Counted from the first letter of the stretch, positions 8,935 to 21,143 are shown. The stretch: DNA of 64,000 nt from Cyanobacteria bacterium P01_A01_bin.123 (GCA_039815185.1 JBCBZT010000039.1:1-64000), one strand, 5' to 3'. The notes: a model not told the origin generated them from the sequence alone. Translations and numbers: made by a program.

Positions 8935-9903
8935 ATGAAGACGACGCGCGCATTAAAATCGATTCCCCTAGCCGTTGGACTTTCCACCACTTTGGCTTCA
9001 TGTACTGGTGTGCTCGGGGGGCCACTGGTGCTTGAGATTCAGCCGATTCAGGTTTGCAATAATTCAGGCACGACTTGTGCCGGGATGGATTTGTTTGCAG
9101 CGGCTACCCAAAAAATTTGGGCTCAAGCCGACATCGAAGTGGTGTTTCTTAGCCCTAACAAGCTGTTTGCCAGTGATTTGCTGGTGATTGACAATAATCC
9201 CAATTTGCTGGATTCAGAATTTTATCAAATGTCTTTCACTGGCGGAGCTGGAGCCTTTGGGCGTCATCCAGATTCTAGCCGCAATGAGGGCCCGATTAAT
9301 TTATGGTTTGTCGATGAAATTGAATCTAGCCTAGGCAGAGCGTTTGGGTTAGCTTGGGTGGGGTCAAACGGCGTTTTGATCAGTGACGATATTCTAGATT
9401 TCAATGGCGGTATTGGCCGCATTGATACCATCGCTCACGAGATTGGGCACAACTTGGGATTACGGCATACCACGTTTGGAGCAGGTGGGGCAAACAACTT
9501 GATGACATCCGGTTTGGTACGGGCAGTTCCTAGCAGTACTGATGATATTGCCCCCGACGGTGCCGCACTAGATCAACTCAACTCGTCCCAAATCAATGAG
9601 GCTCGCGACAGTTCCCTACTGAGGGACAATACAGGAAGTTCGATCATCAGCGGCATTATTGATCTACTCTTGAGTCCTGATGATGATCCGCTTTTAGATC
9701 AAGGTCAAACTGCTGCGGTTACTATCGATCAAAGTTATGGCAGTTATCGTTCAGCTCCAGCTCAGCCCCCGGCTAAAGCGATTCCAGAAACCGGGTTCTC
9801 GGGATGGGTGTGGGCAGGCATCGCAATTGTGGGGGGGTGGGGTGTTTGTTGCAGGCCTCGTGGGGCATCGCCGCAGCGTTCAAATCGCCCACCGCTGGAT
9901 TAA
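8935..9903 (+). CDS. Zinc-dependent metalloprotease (metzincin-like) with lipobox and PEP-CTERM-like tail
   Basis: HEIGHNLGLRH zinc motif, NLM Met-turn, LASC lipobox, and a C-terminal IPETG + hydrophobic stretch + basic residues. Confidence 0.75.
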   Translation: MKTTRALKSIPLAVGLSTTLASCTGVLGGPLVLEIQPIQVCNNSGTTCAGMDLFAAATQKIWAQADIEVVFLSPNKLFASDLLVIDNNPNLLDSEFYQMSFTGGAGAFGRHPDSSRNEGPINLWFVDEIESSLGRAFGLAWVGSNGVLISDDILDFNGGIGRIDTIAHEIGHNLGLRHTTFGAGGANNLMTSGLVRAVPSSTDDIAPDGAALDQLNSSQINEARDSSLLRDNTGSSIISGIIDLLLSPDDDPLLDQGQTAAVTIDQSYGSYRSAPAQPPAKAIPETGFSGWVWAGIAIVGGWGVCCRPRGASPQRSNRPPLD

Positions 9904-9923
9904 CCCTTGGGAGGACTTGAGTC

Positions 9924-10568
9924 ATGCGAATCTTGGCCATTGGGCTAGTGACAGGTGTTGCCGTGGCGCTACTCGTTGGGGTTTTGATCCAAAATGGCGT
10001 GGCTAATTTAACGCCGCCCACCCCTGAAGCCACCCCTGAAATGGTGACAGATCCATCTGAAGCGCCACCAGAGACAGGTGATGATGTGATGCCGTTACCG
10101 CCGACCGAGCAAACGGTGGTCTCTGCAAGTGGGCAATATATTTTGGAGATTACCGCCTCAGATGGGTGGGATTCAACGAGTGCGATCGCGGCCTTGTATC
10201 GCAATAGTGCTCATCAAGACGAGCGAGAATTGCTCTGGCAGCGATCGCTGCCCCAAAGCTATGGCCCCAAATATGCCGTAGTCAGCAATCAAGGGCAGGT
10301 GGTGATGCTCGACGAATGGATCAATGTCGCCAGCCCCTATGCCGTTATGGTGTTTGACCAAAATGACAATCTGCTGTCTCAAACCAGCTTTGACCGTTTA
10401 CAAACGCTCCTAGCGGTTCCCCGGCGTCAGATTGTTGACCAGGCGATGCAGGGCTGGTGGATTTCTGCTCCTCCCAAATTAAATACCGAATCAGCTGCGG
10501 TCACGGTTAAAACCGCTGGCAAACAACTGATCATCGATTTAACGACGGGTGAACTGACGGCACTCTAA
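9924..10568 (+). CDS. Hypothetical membrane-anchored protein
   Basis: N-terminal TM, Pro/Thr-rich linker, beta-rich domain; GGAGG RBS upstream. Confidence 0.7.
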   Translation: MRILAIGLVTGVAVALLVGVLIQNGVANLTPPTPEATPEMVTDPSEAPPETGDDVMPLPPTEQTVVSASGQYILEITASDGWDSTSAIAALYRNSAHQDERELLWQRSLPQSYGPKYAVVSNQGQVVMLDEWINVASPYAVMVFDQNDNLLSQTSFDRLQTLLAVPRRQIVDQAMQGWWISAPPKLNTESAAVTVKTAGKQLIIDLTTGELTAL

Positions 10569-10583
10569 GCCACCCACCTGTCA

Positions 10584-12070
<1,487 letters not shown>

Positions 12071-12146
12071 ATTGATCGGCATCGTAGCATGAGCCTAAGC
12101 TGCACAGACAGAGTTATTAAAAGTTGACGGTTTGTATGGCGTTGTT

Positions 12147-14222
12147 TTAAGGATTAGGAACTTCCTTCTCTTCTGGTTCAGCCAGTTCCTCGGGTTCTGG
12201 GTCTGAGACTACATTATCAACCGCCACAGTCAAGTTGTAAGCAATCGGTTGCGCTGCGGTAGACACCACAGCAATCTCGTAATACCCCGTCTGAGTTAAT
12301 CGGCCTGACCAAGTTGTTTCGGCTGAATCAGCTAACAAGAAGGGAGTCGCATCATCAGGCCGAGGCACATACAGTGAAAACTGCGTAGACTCGCCAGGGG
12401 CTTGCAAATTAACGCGCATGAGCTGTCCTTCACTCAGGCTGAGCACATAGACCATGCCTTGGCCTGGATCAAGCCGCCCCTCGGTTTGCGTCCGATAGGC
12501 ACCGGATTCAAAGGTGAGTTCACTCAGTCGCTCATCATTTTCCATGGCCCGGACCTGATCTTCAGCAATGCCGTGCCAGATTTGGCCAATGGGTTGATTA
12601 ATGAAGTCTGCGGTGGCTTGGTCGGGAAATAGATGCAGAAATTTGGCATCAGTGAGGTCATTGAGGGCACGGCTGCTGACGTAAAGCGCATTGACTCGGG
12701 TTTGCCACTGTTCGCGATCGCCCACACCGTAGTTCCCCAGATTTTGACGGGCCGGCGTGCTGAGATTTTGCTCCATGATGTCGAGCATTTCCGCCGCAAT
12801 CGTATCCCAGCGAAAGCGTAGCTCAGCGTCTTCAGGGCTATCGGTTAGGGTTTTGCCCTGGAGATCGGGGTAGCGGCTGTAAAAAATCTGATCAATCAGC
12901 GGTACGAAATACTCGCGGCTAATCCCCAGGTTTTCTCGCCGTTCTCTTAAGGTGTGCTGACGCGCTTGTTCTTCCGCGCTCACAGCTGAACCATCGGTCG
13001 TTTCTTCGGTGCGATCGCCGATGCCCCCCGGTTGCCATTGTCCCGACACCCACCACACCAAGCCCACGGCCCCAATCAACACGAGCAGCCCAAAGATTGC
13101 TTGTAAAAAGCCAGCACCAGAAGGCGATCGCGCTCCATTAATCGGCGTAACAGGATATTGGCTTACTTCTGAAAGATCAGGGGCAGCGGGATCATAAGTG
13201 AGGGGGGCAGGGGGGGATGGACGAGGGGGGGGTGGGGTAAAACTAGACGGTGCCACAGGTGCAGCCGGGCTTACGGCTACGGTGGCCGCAGTTGTGGGGA
13301 TGACGCCGTTGCCTGAGGTGGGTTTTTCAGAGGGGTTACCGACAATCGGTGGGGAAAAGCCTAAGGCCTGCATAACTTCAGTTGCAGATTGAAAGCGATC
13401 GCTGGGTCGAGCTGCCAACATCCGATCGAGTACATCACCGAAGCGTGGACTCAAACTCACCTGGGGTCGCCAATTCCAAGCCTGATTGCGACGGTCATAG
13501 AGCTCATAGGGATCTTGACCACTGAGTAACACCAAAGCTGTGGCAGCTAGCGCATAGAAATCGCTAGCGGGGGTGGCCTCTCCTGCACTGAGCTGTTCCT
13601 CTGGGGCGTAGCCAACTTTGCCCAAACGAGTCAAGACTGGATTTGAATCGGCACCCGGTAAGGTATGACTCAGCTGATAGTTAACGTTAGCGACCAGCTT
13701 TTTGACGCCGCCAAAGTCAATCAGCACAGGCAACTCGTCAACATTGCGCAAAATAATATTGTCAGGAGAAATATCCCGATGTATCACACCAACACTGTGG
13801 ATGTAATCGAGCACAGGTAGTAGGTGATAAAAGAGCTGCTTAACTTCCATTTCAGTAAAGCAGCCCCCATACCCCCGGCGGGTATTAAGCAGCTCCAAAT
13901 AGGTCGGCCCCTCAACATAGTCTTGGACTAAAAAGAGACGTCCCTTAGTTGCAGTTTGCACCCGCAATAGCTCCCGAAACCGAGGAATTTGAGGATGTTG
14001 AAGTTGATATAGCACCCCGGCTTCTCGTTCAAACAGCTGTTGAGCCTTTTGCAGCGCTGCAGCCCCTTCAACCTGGGGGACAAATTCCTTCAGCACGCAC
14101 AGCTCATTAAAGCGGTGGTTATCTTCTGCCAGATAGGTATGGCCAAATCCCCCTCGGCCCAGCTCTTTAAGCAGGCGATAGCGAGACCCGAGCGGTGGCC
14201 CTGCCTGAATATCTGGCATCAT
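12147..14222 (-). CDS. Ser/Thr protein kinase (Hanks type) with TM and extracytoplasmic domain
   Basis: LGRGGFG, HRDISPDN, DFG and GYAPEEQ; Pro-rich linker; one TM. Confidence 0.92.
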   Translation of the reverse strand: MMPDIQAGPPLGSRYRLLKELGRGGFGHTYLAEDNHRFNELCVLKEFVPQVEGAAALQKAQQLFEREAGVLYQLQHPQIPRFRELLRVQTATKGRLFLVQDYVEGPTYLELLNTRRGYGGCFTEMEVKQLFYHLLPVLDYIHSVGVIHRDISPDNIILRNVDELPVLIDFGGVKKLVANVNYQLSHTLPGADSNPVLTRLGKVGYAPEEQLSAGEATPASDFYALAATALVLLSGQDPYELYDRRNQAWNWRPQVSLSPRFGDVLDRMLAARPSDRFQSATEVMQALGFSPPIVGNPSEKPTSGNGVIPTTAATVAVSPAAPVAPSSFTPPPPRPSPPAPLTYDPAAPDLSEVSQYPVTPINGARSPSGAGFLQAIFGLLVLIGAVGLVWWVSGQWQPGGIGDRTEETTDGSAVSAEEQARQHTLRERRENLGISREYFVPLIDQIFYSRYPDLQGKTLTDSPEDAELRFRWDTIAAEMLDIMEQNLSTPARQNLGNYGVGDREQWQTRVNALYVSSRALNDLTDAKFLHLFPDQATADFINQPIGQIWHGIAEDQVRAMENDERLSELTFESGAYRTQTEGRLDPGQGMVYVLSLSEGQLMRVNLQAPGESTQFSLYVPRPDDATPFLLADSAETTWSGRLTQTGYYEIAVVSTAAQPIAYNLTVAVDNVVSDPEPEELAEPEEKEVPNP

Positions 14223-14422
14223 AAAGGTTGTCTCCTCACGCTTAATTCACAGGCGGTTCTTTAGAGGATAGTTCAGCCTAGCCCAGCCATCATCGTAGCG
14301 AATTGAAAAACTTCTAAAGAATTAAGACGTTAAAATACAGAATGGCTTTCGACTGACTCACTCCTGACGTCTTAATTCTGTATTCCTTCGCTATCGGTGT
14401 TTTCTGGATTAAGTCAAACACC

Positions 14423-15367
14423 TTAATCTGCTAACTGAATACTGTTGGGGATTAATTGCGCAGTCCAGATACCCAAATCGGGGTCGGGGATATGTTGGCG
14501 CAGTTTAGCTGCGATCGCGGCGGCAGCATCAGCCGTTTCAGCCAGGGTAAATACGGTTGGCCCAGAACCCGACATTAGCGTGCCGATACCCCCTAAACTC
14601 ATTAAAACTTCTTTCAGGTGTGCCACTTGGGGATGGGCAGACAGCACCACTTTTTCGAGATCGTTCGATAGATCTTGTCCAATGGTGGCTCCGGCTTGAT
14701 CAATAATGGCGCTGACAATATCACTAGAGCGAATAGACTGTTGGCGAGCCCGCATCTGATCAAGGTCTTGGATGTATTGATCACCAAATTGCTGACGATA
14801 GGTTTGGTAGGCCCAAGGGGTAGAAACGGACAGGCTATGATATTTTGCCAGCACTACCGATAAATTATCCAGACTTTTGAGTGGGTCGAGGGCTTCCCCT
14901 CGACCGGTGGCGATCGCGGTACCGCCCACCACACAAAAGGGAACATCAGACCCTAATTTGGCACCCAGGGCTTGCAATTCACTTTGGGTTAAGCCCAGTT
15001 TCCACAGCATATCTAAGCCCACCAGAACGGCTGCTGCATTGGTGGATCCACCTGCTAAGCCAGCCCCCACGGGAATTTGTTTCTCAATGGTGATTTCGAC
15101 ACCCCCAAATTTGGTTAGCACATTGGGAAAGGTTTGGGCGAGTAACGCAGCAGCACGATAGGCCAGATTGGATGCATCGGTTGGCACTAGGGGATGATCA
15201 CAGCGGATGCGAATATCGTCGGTGCCCAGACTGCGCACCGTGACTCGATCGCACAGGTTAACACTCTGCATAACCATGACGAGTTCATGATAGCCATCGC
15301 GGCGATCGCCCACGATCTCTAAATACAAGTTGATCTTGGCCGCTGCCAGCAATGAATATAGACGCAT
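14423..15367 (-). CDS. ispE: 4-diphosphocytidyl-2-C-methyl-D-erythritol kinase
   Basis: AKINLYL, GAGLAGGSTNAAA, GSDVPF and MSGSGPT. Confidence 0.97.
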   Translation of the reverse strand: MRLYSLLAAAKINLYLEIVGDRRDGYHELVMVMQSVNLCDRVTVRSLGTDDIRIRCDHPLVPTDASNLAYRAAALLAQTFPNVLTKFGGVEITIEKQIPVGAGLAGGSTNAAAVLVGLDMLWKLGLTQSELQALGAKLGSDVPFCVVGGTAIATGRGEALDPLKSLDNLSVVLAKYHSLSVSTPWAYQTYRQQFGDQYIQDLDQMRARQQSIRSSDIVSAIIDQAGATIGQDLSNDLEKVVLSAHPQVAHLKEVLMSLGGIGTLMSGSGPTVFTLAETADAAAAIAAKLRQHIPDPDLGIWTAQLIPNSIQLAD

Positions 15368-15371
15368 AACG

Positions 15372-16196
15372 CTAAAAGCTGCCTTCCCCCTGAATTCTAT
15401 TACTCAATACCACCCAATTTTCGACACTCAGGTTTTCAGCCCGTACCTCTGGCGCCAGCCCTAGGGTTGTGAACAGTGCTGCCAAGCGATCGCGTTCGAC
15501 AATGTCTCTTATATTATTGCGCAGCATCTTACGACGACTGGCAAATCCTGCCTGCACCAGTTGGGCCAGCAACCTAGGATCATCGGCAGCAGGGATAAAG
15601 CGCCGGGGACGGAGTCTGACCACTGCTGAAGTCACCTTGGGTGGCGGATAAAATGCCTGAGGCGGCACCTCACAAATCCATTCGCACTCAGCTAAATACT
15701 GCATCCGTACTGACATGGCGCCATAGGTTTTAGATCCGGGTGGTGCACAAAGGCGATCGGCGACTTCTCGCTGCACCAGCAACACAATTGCCTCAAACGG
15801 CAAAAGCGGCGGTTGATTGATGCCCCCCACCAATTTTTCCAAAATTGGCCCGGTAATGTAATAAGGGATATTTGCAACGACTTTATTGGGTTCGGCGATC
15901 GCGTTGTGACCCAATGCACCGAGTAAATCTAGGGTCAAAAAATCAGTCTCTAATAAATGGAACCCTGGATGGGCAGCAAATTTTTGCCGCAGCAGTTTGC
16001 ACAAGTCACGATCGACTTCCACGGCAATGACCGTTTCAGCCTGGTGCAACAGGCGCTCGGTGAGTACCCCTTGGCCAGGCCCAATTTCCAACACGCGATC
16101 GCCGTCCTGCAGCTGAGCTGAACTGACAATCTGCGCCAGTACAGCCTGACTCGTGAGCCAATGTTGCCCAAAGCGTTTGCGGGGTCGAGCAGCCAT
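15372..16196 (-). CDS. rsmA: 16S rRNA adenine dimethyltransferase (KsgA)
   Basis: KRFGQHWL, LEIGPG, ANIPYYIT and PPPKVTS. Confidence 0.97.
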   Translation of the reverse strand: MAARPRKRFGQHWLTSQAVLAQIVSSAQLQDGDRVLEIGPGQGVLTERLLHQAETVIAVEVDRDLCKLLRQKFAAHPGFHLLETDFLTLDLLGALGHNAIAEPNKVVANIPYYITGPILEKLVGGINQPPLLPFEAIVLLVQREVADRLCAPPGSKTYGAMSVRMQYLAECEWICEVPPQAFYPPPKVTSAVVRLRPRRFIPAADDPRLLAQLVQAGFASRRKMLRNNIRDIVERDRLAALFTTLGLAPEVRAENLSVENWVVLSNRIQGEGSF

Positions 16197-16634
16197 GGCA
16201 ACAACCTCTCAAGATAGTTATTTTCCACAATACCCCCGTCCACGATCAGCCCTATCAATCTTCTGGGTTGGCGGATCCCATAGAAAGGGGGTCTGACCAC
16301 ATTTACGGTAACGTAGGCTACTTATTGAGCTGAGATAGCAGAAAATTGCGGTAAATACTGAATTATAAAGAAGGGAGTATCCGTATTTACTCTCAAGTGC
16401 CCTACAGAATCCTTAAATCCTAGTGGCCCAAAAACCAATTTTTCGGTGGGAAATACCCAAGTGGTTTTAGCCTCAAACTCGTTAGATTTATAGCGTCATC
16501 GATTTTCAACCTGAGGTCAAAATATTTGACCTGTCTGAATAGGTTTACCTCAATCACTTGAGAAAGCCGGAAGAATTTAAAGTTCGTTTTTTGACATCAA
16601 ACGCTACCGCACAGACCACTACAAGGAGAATTCC

Positions 16635-17384
16635 ATGAAGTTTAACCGCGTCACTGCATTTGTGACCGTTGCCACAGCCGCAGCCAGTTTCTTTTATGGT
16701 GGCGCTGCCAACGCAATGAATCTAAGAAGTGATTTGCAAAGCACTTTCAGCCAGTATGTTAACCAAGAGGGTGCATTACTCAATGATGCTGGCCTTCAGC
16801 AACTGGATGCCCAATCTCTGTTTTGGAACGGAGTTGATCCCATCGATGTCTTCTTCGTGAATGAGGGTGCAGCTTTTAAGAGTCAGCTTGATTACAGCAT
16901 CAATGGCGATGCATCGGTTACCCTCTTCGACAATATTTCTTCCCAAAACAGCGTCTTGCCAGAAGGTGACGGCGTGCTTGCGTTGGGTGAAGGGAAGCGG
17001 GTTGGTGAATTCGACGGCCCGACTCAAATCGATTTCTTCCTCAAAGCTGACGGCTACGATAATCCCGACGGGTATGTTTATGGGGCAGACGCCTCAGCTA
17101 ACCCCGATGGTTTGCAGCACATGGTGGCCTTTAACTACTATGACGATGTTGCCGATGAATACTGGACGATCATCGGTTTTGAGGATCTCTACGGTGAATT
17201 GGGGGCCAAAGATGCACCCAACCAAAATTCTGACCGTGACTTCAATGACGTTGTTTTCGCCGTTCGCGGTGTTCAAGGGGAGACCGTCGTGAAAACGCCT
17301 GAACCTTCTGCCATGCTGGCCTTTGTCGGCCTTGGTTTGGCGGGTGGTTTGAAGCAAATCCGTCGCAAGAAGACCGTTGCATAA
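16635..17384 (+). CDS. DUF4114-like PEP-CTERM surface protein
   Basis: Signal peptide; NPDGLQH, GFEDL and SDRDFND; TPEPS + TM + RRKK tail; AAGGAG RBS. Confidence 0.85.
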   Translation: MKFNRVTAFVTVATAAASFFYGGAANAMNLRSDLQSTFSQYVNQEGALLNDAGLQQLDAQSLFWNGVDPIDVFFVNEGAAFKSQLDYSINGDASVTLFDNISSQNSVLPEGDGVLALGEGKRVGEFDGPTQIDFFLKADGYDNPDGYVYGADASANPDGLQHMVAFNYYDDVADEYWTIIGFEDLYGELGAKDAPNQNSDRDFNDVVFAVRGVQGETVVKTPEPSAMLAFVGLGLAGGLKQIRRKKTVA

Positions 17385-17433
17385 GATCGTCGACCATCGG
17401 GTTAGACCGACCTCTTAAGTGACCAATTTATGG

Positions 17434-17472
17434 CGTAATAAGGCATATCCCAGTGGGATATGCCTTATTACG
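17434..17472 (+). terminator. Long hairpin after the PEP-CTERM gene (likely terminator)
   Basis: CGTAATAAGGCATATCCC-AGT-GGGATATGCCTTATTACG followed by TTT. Confidence 0.7.
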
Positions 17473-17477
17473 TTTAT

Positions 17478-17582
17478 GTAGGCGCTGGGCAGATTGCTTC
17501 ATGCACCTGGTACCGCTGGGATGCTCAACACACAAGCAATCTGGTTCGCTGTAGCGCACAAAGCTTTGTGGCTACGGCCATA
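17478..17582 (+). mobile_element. ~105-bp MITE-like dispersed repeat, copy 1
   Basis: Aligns with 30801-30905 (reverse complement) and 38736-38840. Confidence 0.75.
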
Positions 17583-17592
17583 ACATCTTGAT

Positions 17593-18143
17593 CTATTCAT
17601 CATCTTCAAATACGGGTGACCAAATACTATCTACCGCCATCTGCCAACCGGGCAAAAGGTCTGGCAACGTCAAAATATCCCCCTCCTGAAGCATCAGTAC
17701 CGCTTGGCTCGGACGATACACCTCCAGCTGATGAATCCTAGGGTCAACCAGTACCCAACTTCAGTGCCCAACTCAAGAAATGCTTGAATTTTCTGCCGCA
17801 GGTTTTCCATCGAATCCGTTTTTGATTTCACCTCAAAGGCAAGATCGGGCACGAGCTGGGCAAAGTCTTCAGTTGTCCGCCTGAGCCGAGAGGCTCGAAT
17901 AAATGATGCATCAGGGGCACGCACGTCTTGACTCGCATTGGGTAGAACAAAGCCTGCACTCGAAGCTGCAACCCGTCCAAGTCGCCGAGGATTCACCCAC
18001 GTCCATAGTTGCGCCACGATCGCCGCCACAACCTCGTCAGATTCATATCCGGACGGGCTCATAATTGTAATTTCTCCATCAACCAGTTCCATTTGCCAAT
18101 CGGGATGCTCAGCCTGGAGCGTTTCTAAATCTTTAATTTTCAT
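17593..18143 (-). pseudogene. Uma2-family (PD-(D/E)XK) endonuclease-like gene with a 1-bp frameshift
   Basis: ELVDGEI, RAPDAS and PDLAFEVKS. Adding one G to the GGG run (17754-17756) restores ...EVGVLVDPRIHQLEVYRP...DLLPGWQMAVDSIWSPVFEDDE*. This could be a sequencing error. Confidence 0.8.
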
Positions 18144-18210
18144 GCCTACCTTAGCTTTGAAGACCATCAAGCTTTTTCCTAAGGTGCAACATTCCAATCA
18201 TAGGAGAAGC

Positions 18211-20157
18211 TCACTGGGGTGTATTTTGCAGATAGTCATCATAGCGGTGTTGCAATTGCTCAACAGTGAGGGCTTGGGTCCAATATTCAACCAGGGCATG
18301 GCCAAAGGCCCAAGCGGTGCGATCGCTGCGGGATGAGTTTTCTCGCAGTAGGGGCCAAAGTTTGAGCAAGTCAAAGGCGGGAAAGGCATTGCCGCCGTGT
18401 TCATCATCGGGCAGCTCGGGCGGGCTGAGTAGAGTGTAAAGATCGTAGGCCATCTGGAGTTTGCCAATTACAATGGGCAATTGCTCCACGGGAACTTGCT
18501 CAGCTAGCACATAAGCCAGGGCGGGTGACCCGGTTGTCAGGGTAGAGATAAATTGTAGAACGGGGCTTTTAAGCAAAGCGGTCAATCCTTGGGTGGTAGA
18601 CATTTGCACCCTGTAGCGATCGATGATGCGGGCAGCGGCAAAGATGCGGGACTGGCGATCGCGCAAAAACCGAGCCAACCGTTGCTGTTTGGCTGGGTCA
18701 ATTAATTCCACCAATGCCATCGACAAGGCATCTGCGTTCCAAGCCTCGCGGGGGGGCTGAGCTTGCCGGGTAACCAGGGGTAAAACGCGGGTACAGATTG
18801 GGCTGAACTGTTCAATTCGATATTGGGTGGCCTCGCGGATCGAAATCTCTTTGGGGCGATCGCCCCCTTGCCAATCGTAGGGGGGATGCCATTCTCGGAC
18901 GGGTCTCAATCGGTCCACCTGGGTAATCACGGCAACAACCGGAACCGCTGGCGCTTGCCGTTGCCAATCCTTGAGAAAGTCCACATCCATTTGTAAGGCT
19001 GGATCAAGGGCCGGGGTCAGTATCAACAGCAGATCCACTTGGGCGGCAAAATCGAGCACTTGTTCACGAAAGTCGCTGCGGTTGACCTGCTCATAACCGG
19101 GGGTGTCCCAAAGGGTTAAGGCCTCACCAGTAGGAACTTGCCACTGGTAACGCTGAATTTGGTCGGTACTGGGCAAGACATCTACCGCTGCTCGTTCAGA
19201 TTGAAACAGCGTGTTGATCAAACTGCTTTTTCCCGCACCTGTACGACCCACCAGTAACAAATTGACCGGCTTTTGTTCAACAGCTTCAACGGGCTCTGCC
19301 TGGTCAAAAATAACCTGCAGGGTTTGAGTTTTTGCCTCCGGTAGTGGCGGTGAGTCCTCGTCAATATCGAGGGATGGCAAGGTGCCGCTGTAGAGGGCGA
19401 TCGCTTGGCGGGCTAAGTTACGCAGAGCGGCTTCGCGCATCAGGTGGCTGAGATTCAGCATCAGCTGCTGCGTGGCGCGATCGCTGCTTCCCTGACTGGC
19501 TTGCTTAGCTAAGGCCGCAGCGGGGTTAATCAACCATTGCGCCCAATTCCAAACCTGCAACAATCGACGGGCAGAAGGCTCTAGTTTTTGGTATAGCTCA
19601 TAGCCCTGGTAGGCTTGGCCCACGGTCATTTGCCCCAATACGGGGGACAGTTTCTGCATCCACTGATCCAGGTCATCTACGGTGCCGCGAATCAAGGCGT
19701 AAGCCTGGGGCACATAAATGTTCAGCAGTGGATACTTGACTGCGGGATGGTAGACGTGAGCGATCGCCGTGACAAGCTGCTGACACCGTTGCCAAAATTG
19801 TGGCCAGTCTTGCCACAGGGGGGCATCGTCTTTAGCCGCGCTCAGAACAGCTTTGATCGCGATTTCCGCTTCGCGGGTCGCGTCTGTCGCAGATGCATCG
19901 GAGACGGTCTCAGCCTCGGGCAAGGTCGCGGTCAGTTCTTGATTTGCGGCTGCGATCGCTGATTCTAGCTGAGCCGTTACCGGCTTTGTCCAGCGGACGA
20001 GCAGCCACCGCCAGCCCACCAGTGCCAAGACGACCAGCGCCCAAATCCAATTCAACCCCCAGGTGTGGATTTGCCACCCCGCTGCCACCAGCAGGAAACT
20101 GCCGATAACAACTAGCGGTAAGGCGAGTATCCCCCACTGTAAAAGGGTTAAACGCAT
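18211..20157 (-). CDS. Membrane-anchored TRAFAC GTPase (MMR_HSR1/Era-like)
   Basis: Two N-terminal TMs; GRTGAGKSS, DTPG and TQVD. The ATG overlaps the upstream stop codon. Confidence 0.85.
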   Translation of the reverse strand: MRLTLLQWGILALPLVVIGSFLLVAAGWQIHTWGLNWIWALVVLALVGWRWLLVRWTKPVTAQLESAIAAANQELTATLPEAETVSDASATDATREAEIAIKAVLSAAKDDAPLWQDWPQFWQRCQQLVTAIAHVYHPAVKYPLLNIYVPQAYALIRGTVDDLDQWMQKLSPVLGQMTVGQAYQGYELYQKLEPSARRLLQVWNWAQWLINPAAALAKQASQGSSDRATQQLMLNLSHLMREAALRNLARQAIALYSGTLPSLDIDEDSPPLPEAKTQTLQVIFDQAEPVEAVEQKPVNLLLVGRTGAGKSSLINTLFQSERAAVDVLPSTDQIQRYQWQVPTGEALTLWDTPGYEQVNRSDFREQVLDFAAQVDLLLILTPALDPALQMDVDFLKDWQRQAPAVPVVAVITQVDRLRPVREWHPPYDWQGGDRPKEISIREATQYRIEQFSPICTRVLPLVTRQAQPPREAWNADALSMALVELIDPAKQQRLARFLRDRQSRIFAAARIIDRYRVQMSTTQGLTALLKSPVLQFISTLTTGSPALAYVLAEQVPVEQLPIVIGKLQMAYDLYTLLSPPELPDDEHGGNAFPAFDLLKLWPLLRENSSRSDRTAWAFGHALVEYWTQALTVEQLQHRYDDYLQNTPQ

Positions 20158-20810
20158 CAATCTCCTTGGCTATCTGGAATACCGAGGTCGTCTGCTGCTT
20201 CAAAATCTAGAAACTCTGACTCGGCTTTGGGCAACAGGTCTTGTCCAGTTTCTTCTGGGTCTTCCCGAGATTCAACCCCCGCCCCTGTTTGACAAACAAC
20301 AGGCAACCCTGCCCCTTTGAGCCCCCGTAAGATGCGTTCAGGCGTTTCAGGAAACAACACAAACAGTGGATAGGTAGCCTCTGCGGCCTCGTTGAGCAGA
20401 TGGCGGTGGCGGGCAGGCATTAGCCACTCATAACCCCGATCGATCAAAATTTGGGTTTGCCGCCAGCGACTCAGCAGGGCAGAAAAATCTTCTTGGGGAC
20501 GGTGGATAAATACAAACACTTCAATCCCAGTTTTGATCTTCCACTCAGGGTCACACATCAAAAGCACAACGTCACTGGGTAAGGGCACCACCTCCCCAGC
20601 TGTGATCGGCATCCCAAGGTGGTTAGTTTGGACAGTCGGTTGCCGAACGCGAATGTTGGGTAGCGGAATTGGAATGATGCTTTCAGACGGTCGCCGCATG
20701 CTGGGCAACAGCTCTAAATAAGAACGGTACTGCTTGAGCAACTCGATCGCGCCTCGGTAGTGGCTACAGGTGGCTAACAGCGTTTCGTATTGACTCTGTC
20801 TAACCGACAT
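20157..20810 (-). CDS. Hypothetical protein (cyanobacterial conserved type)
   Basis: 217-aa ORF with LLMCDPEWKIKTG; coupled to the GTPase gene. Confidence 0.75.
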   Translation of the reverse strand: MSVRQSQYETLLATCSHYRGAIELLKQYRSYLELLPSMRRPSESIIPIPLPNIRVRQPTVQTNHLGMPITAGEVVPLPSDVVLLMCDPEWKIKTGIEVFVFIHRPQEDFSALLSRWRQTQILIDRGYEWLMPARHRHLLNEAAEATYPLFVLFPETPERILRGLKGAGLPVVCQTGAGVESREDPEETGQDLLPKAESEFLDFEAADDLGIPDSQGD

Positions 20811-21143
20811 AAACTTTGCAAGTGTCTACGCTTCCAGTGTTCCCCACATTGTAACGAAATGGTTCAGAGTACGGATTGGAGCATACTCTCCCCAATGGGG
20901 GTGTTAACCCAACGGTCGATATTGGCGTTGAAATTGACCCTTTATGTAGGTTTTAGGAAAGGGACGATGGCATAATCAAATCCTCAATTAATCAGCTCAC
21001 CAACCGTATCAGCTGCAACAAAAATTAGGAGGGTTCATCTCTGCTGCATGGTAGCATCGGGCCAACGCGGTGGGATGGTCAATCGTGCTCTCACCACAGT
21101 TCTTAAGGTCGGTCGTCAATTGCACTAAGGGTGAGGGAGTATT

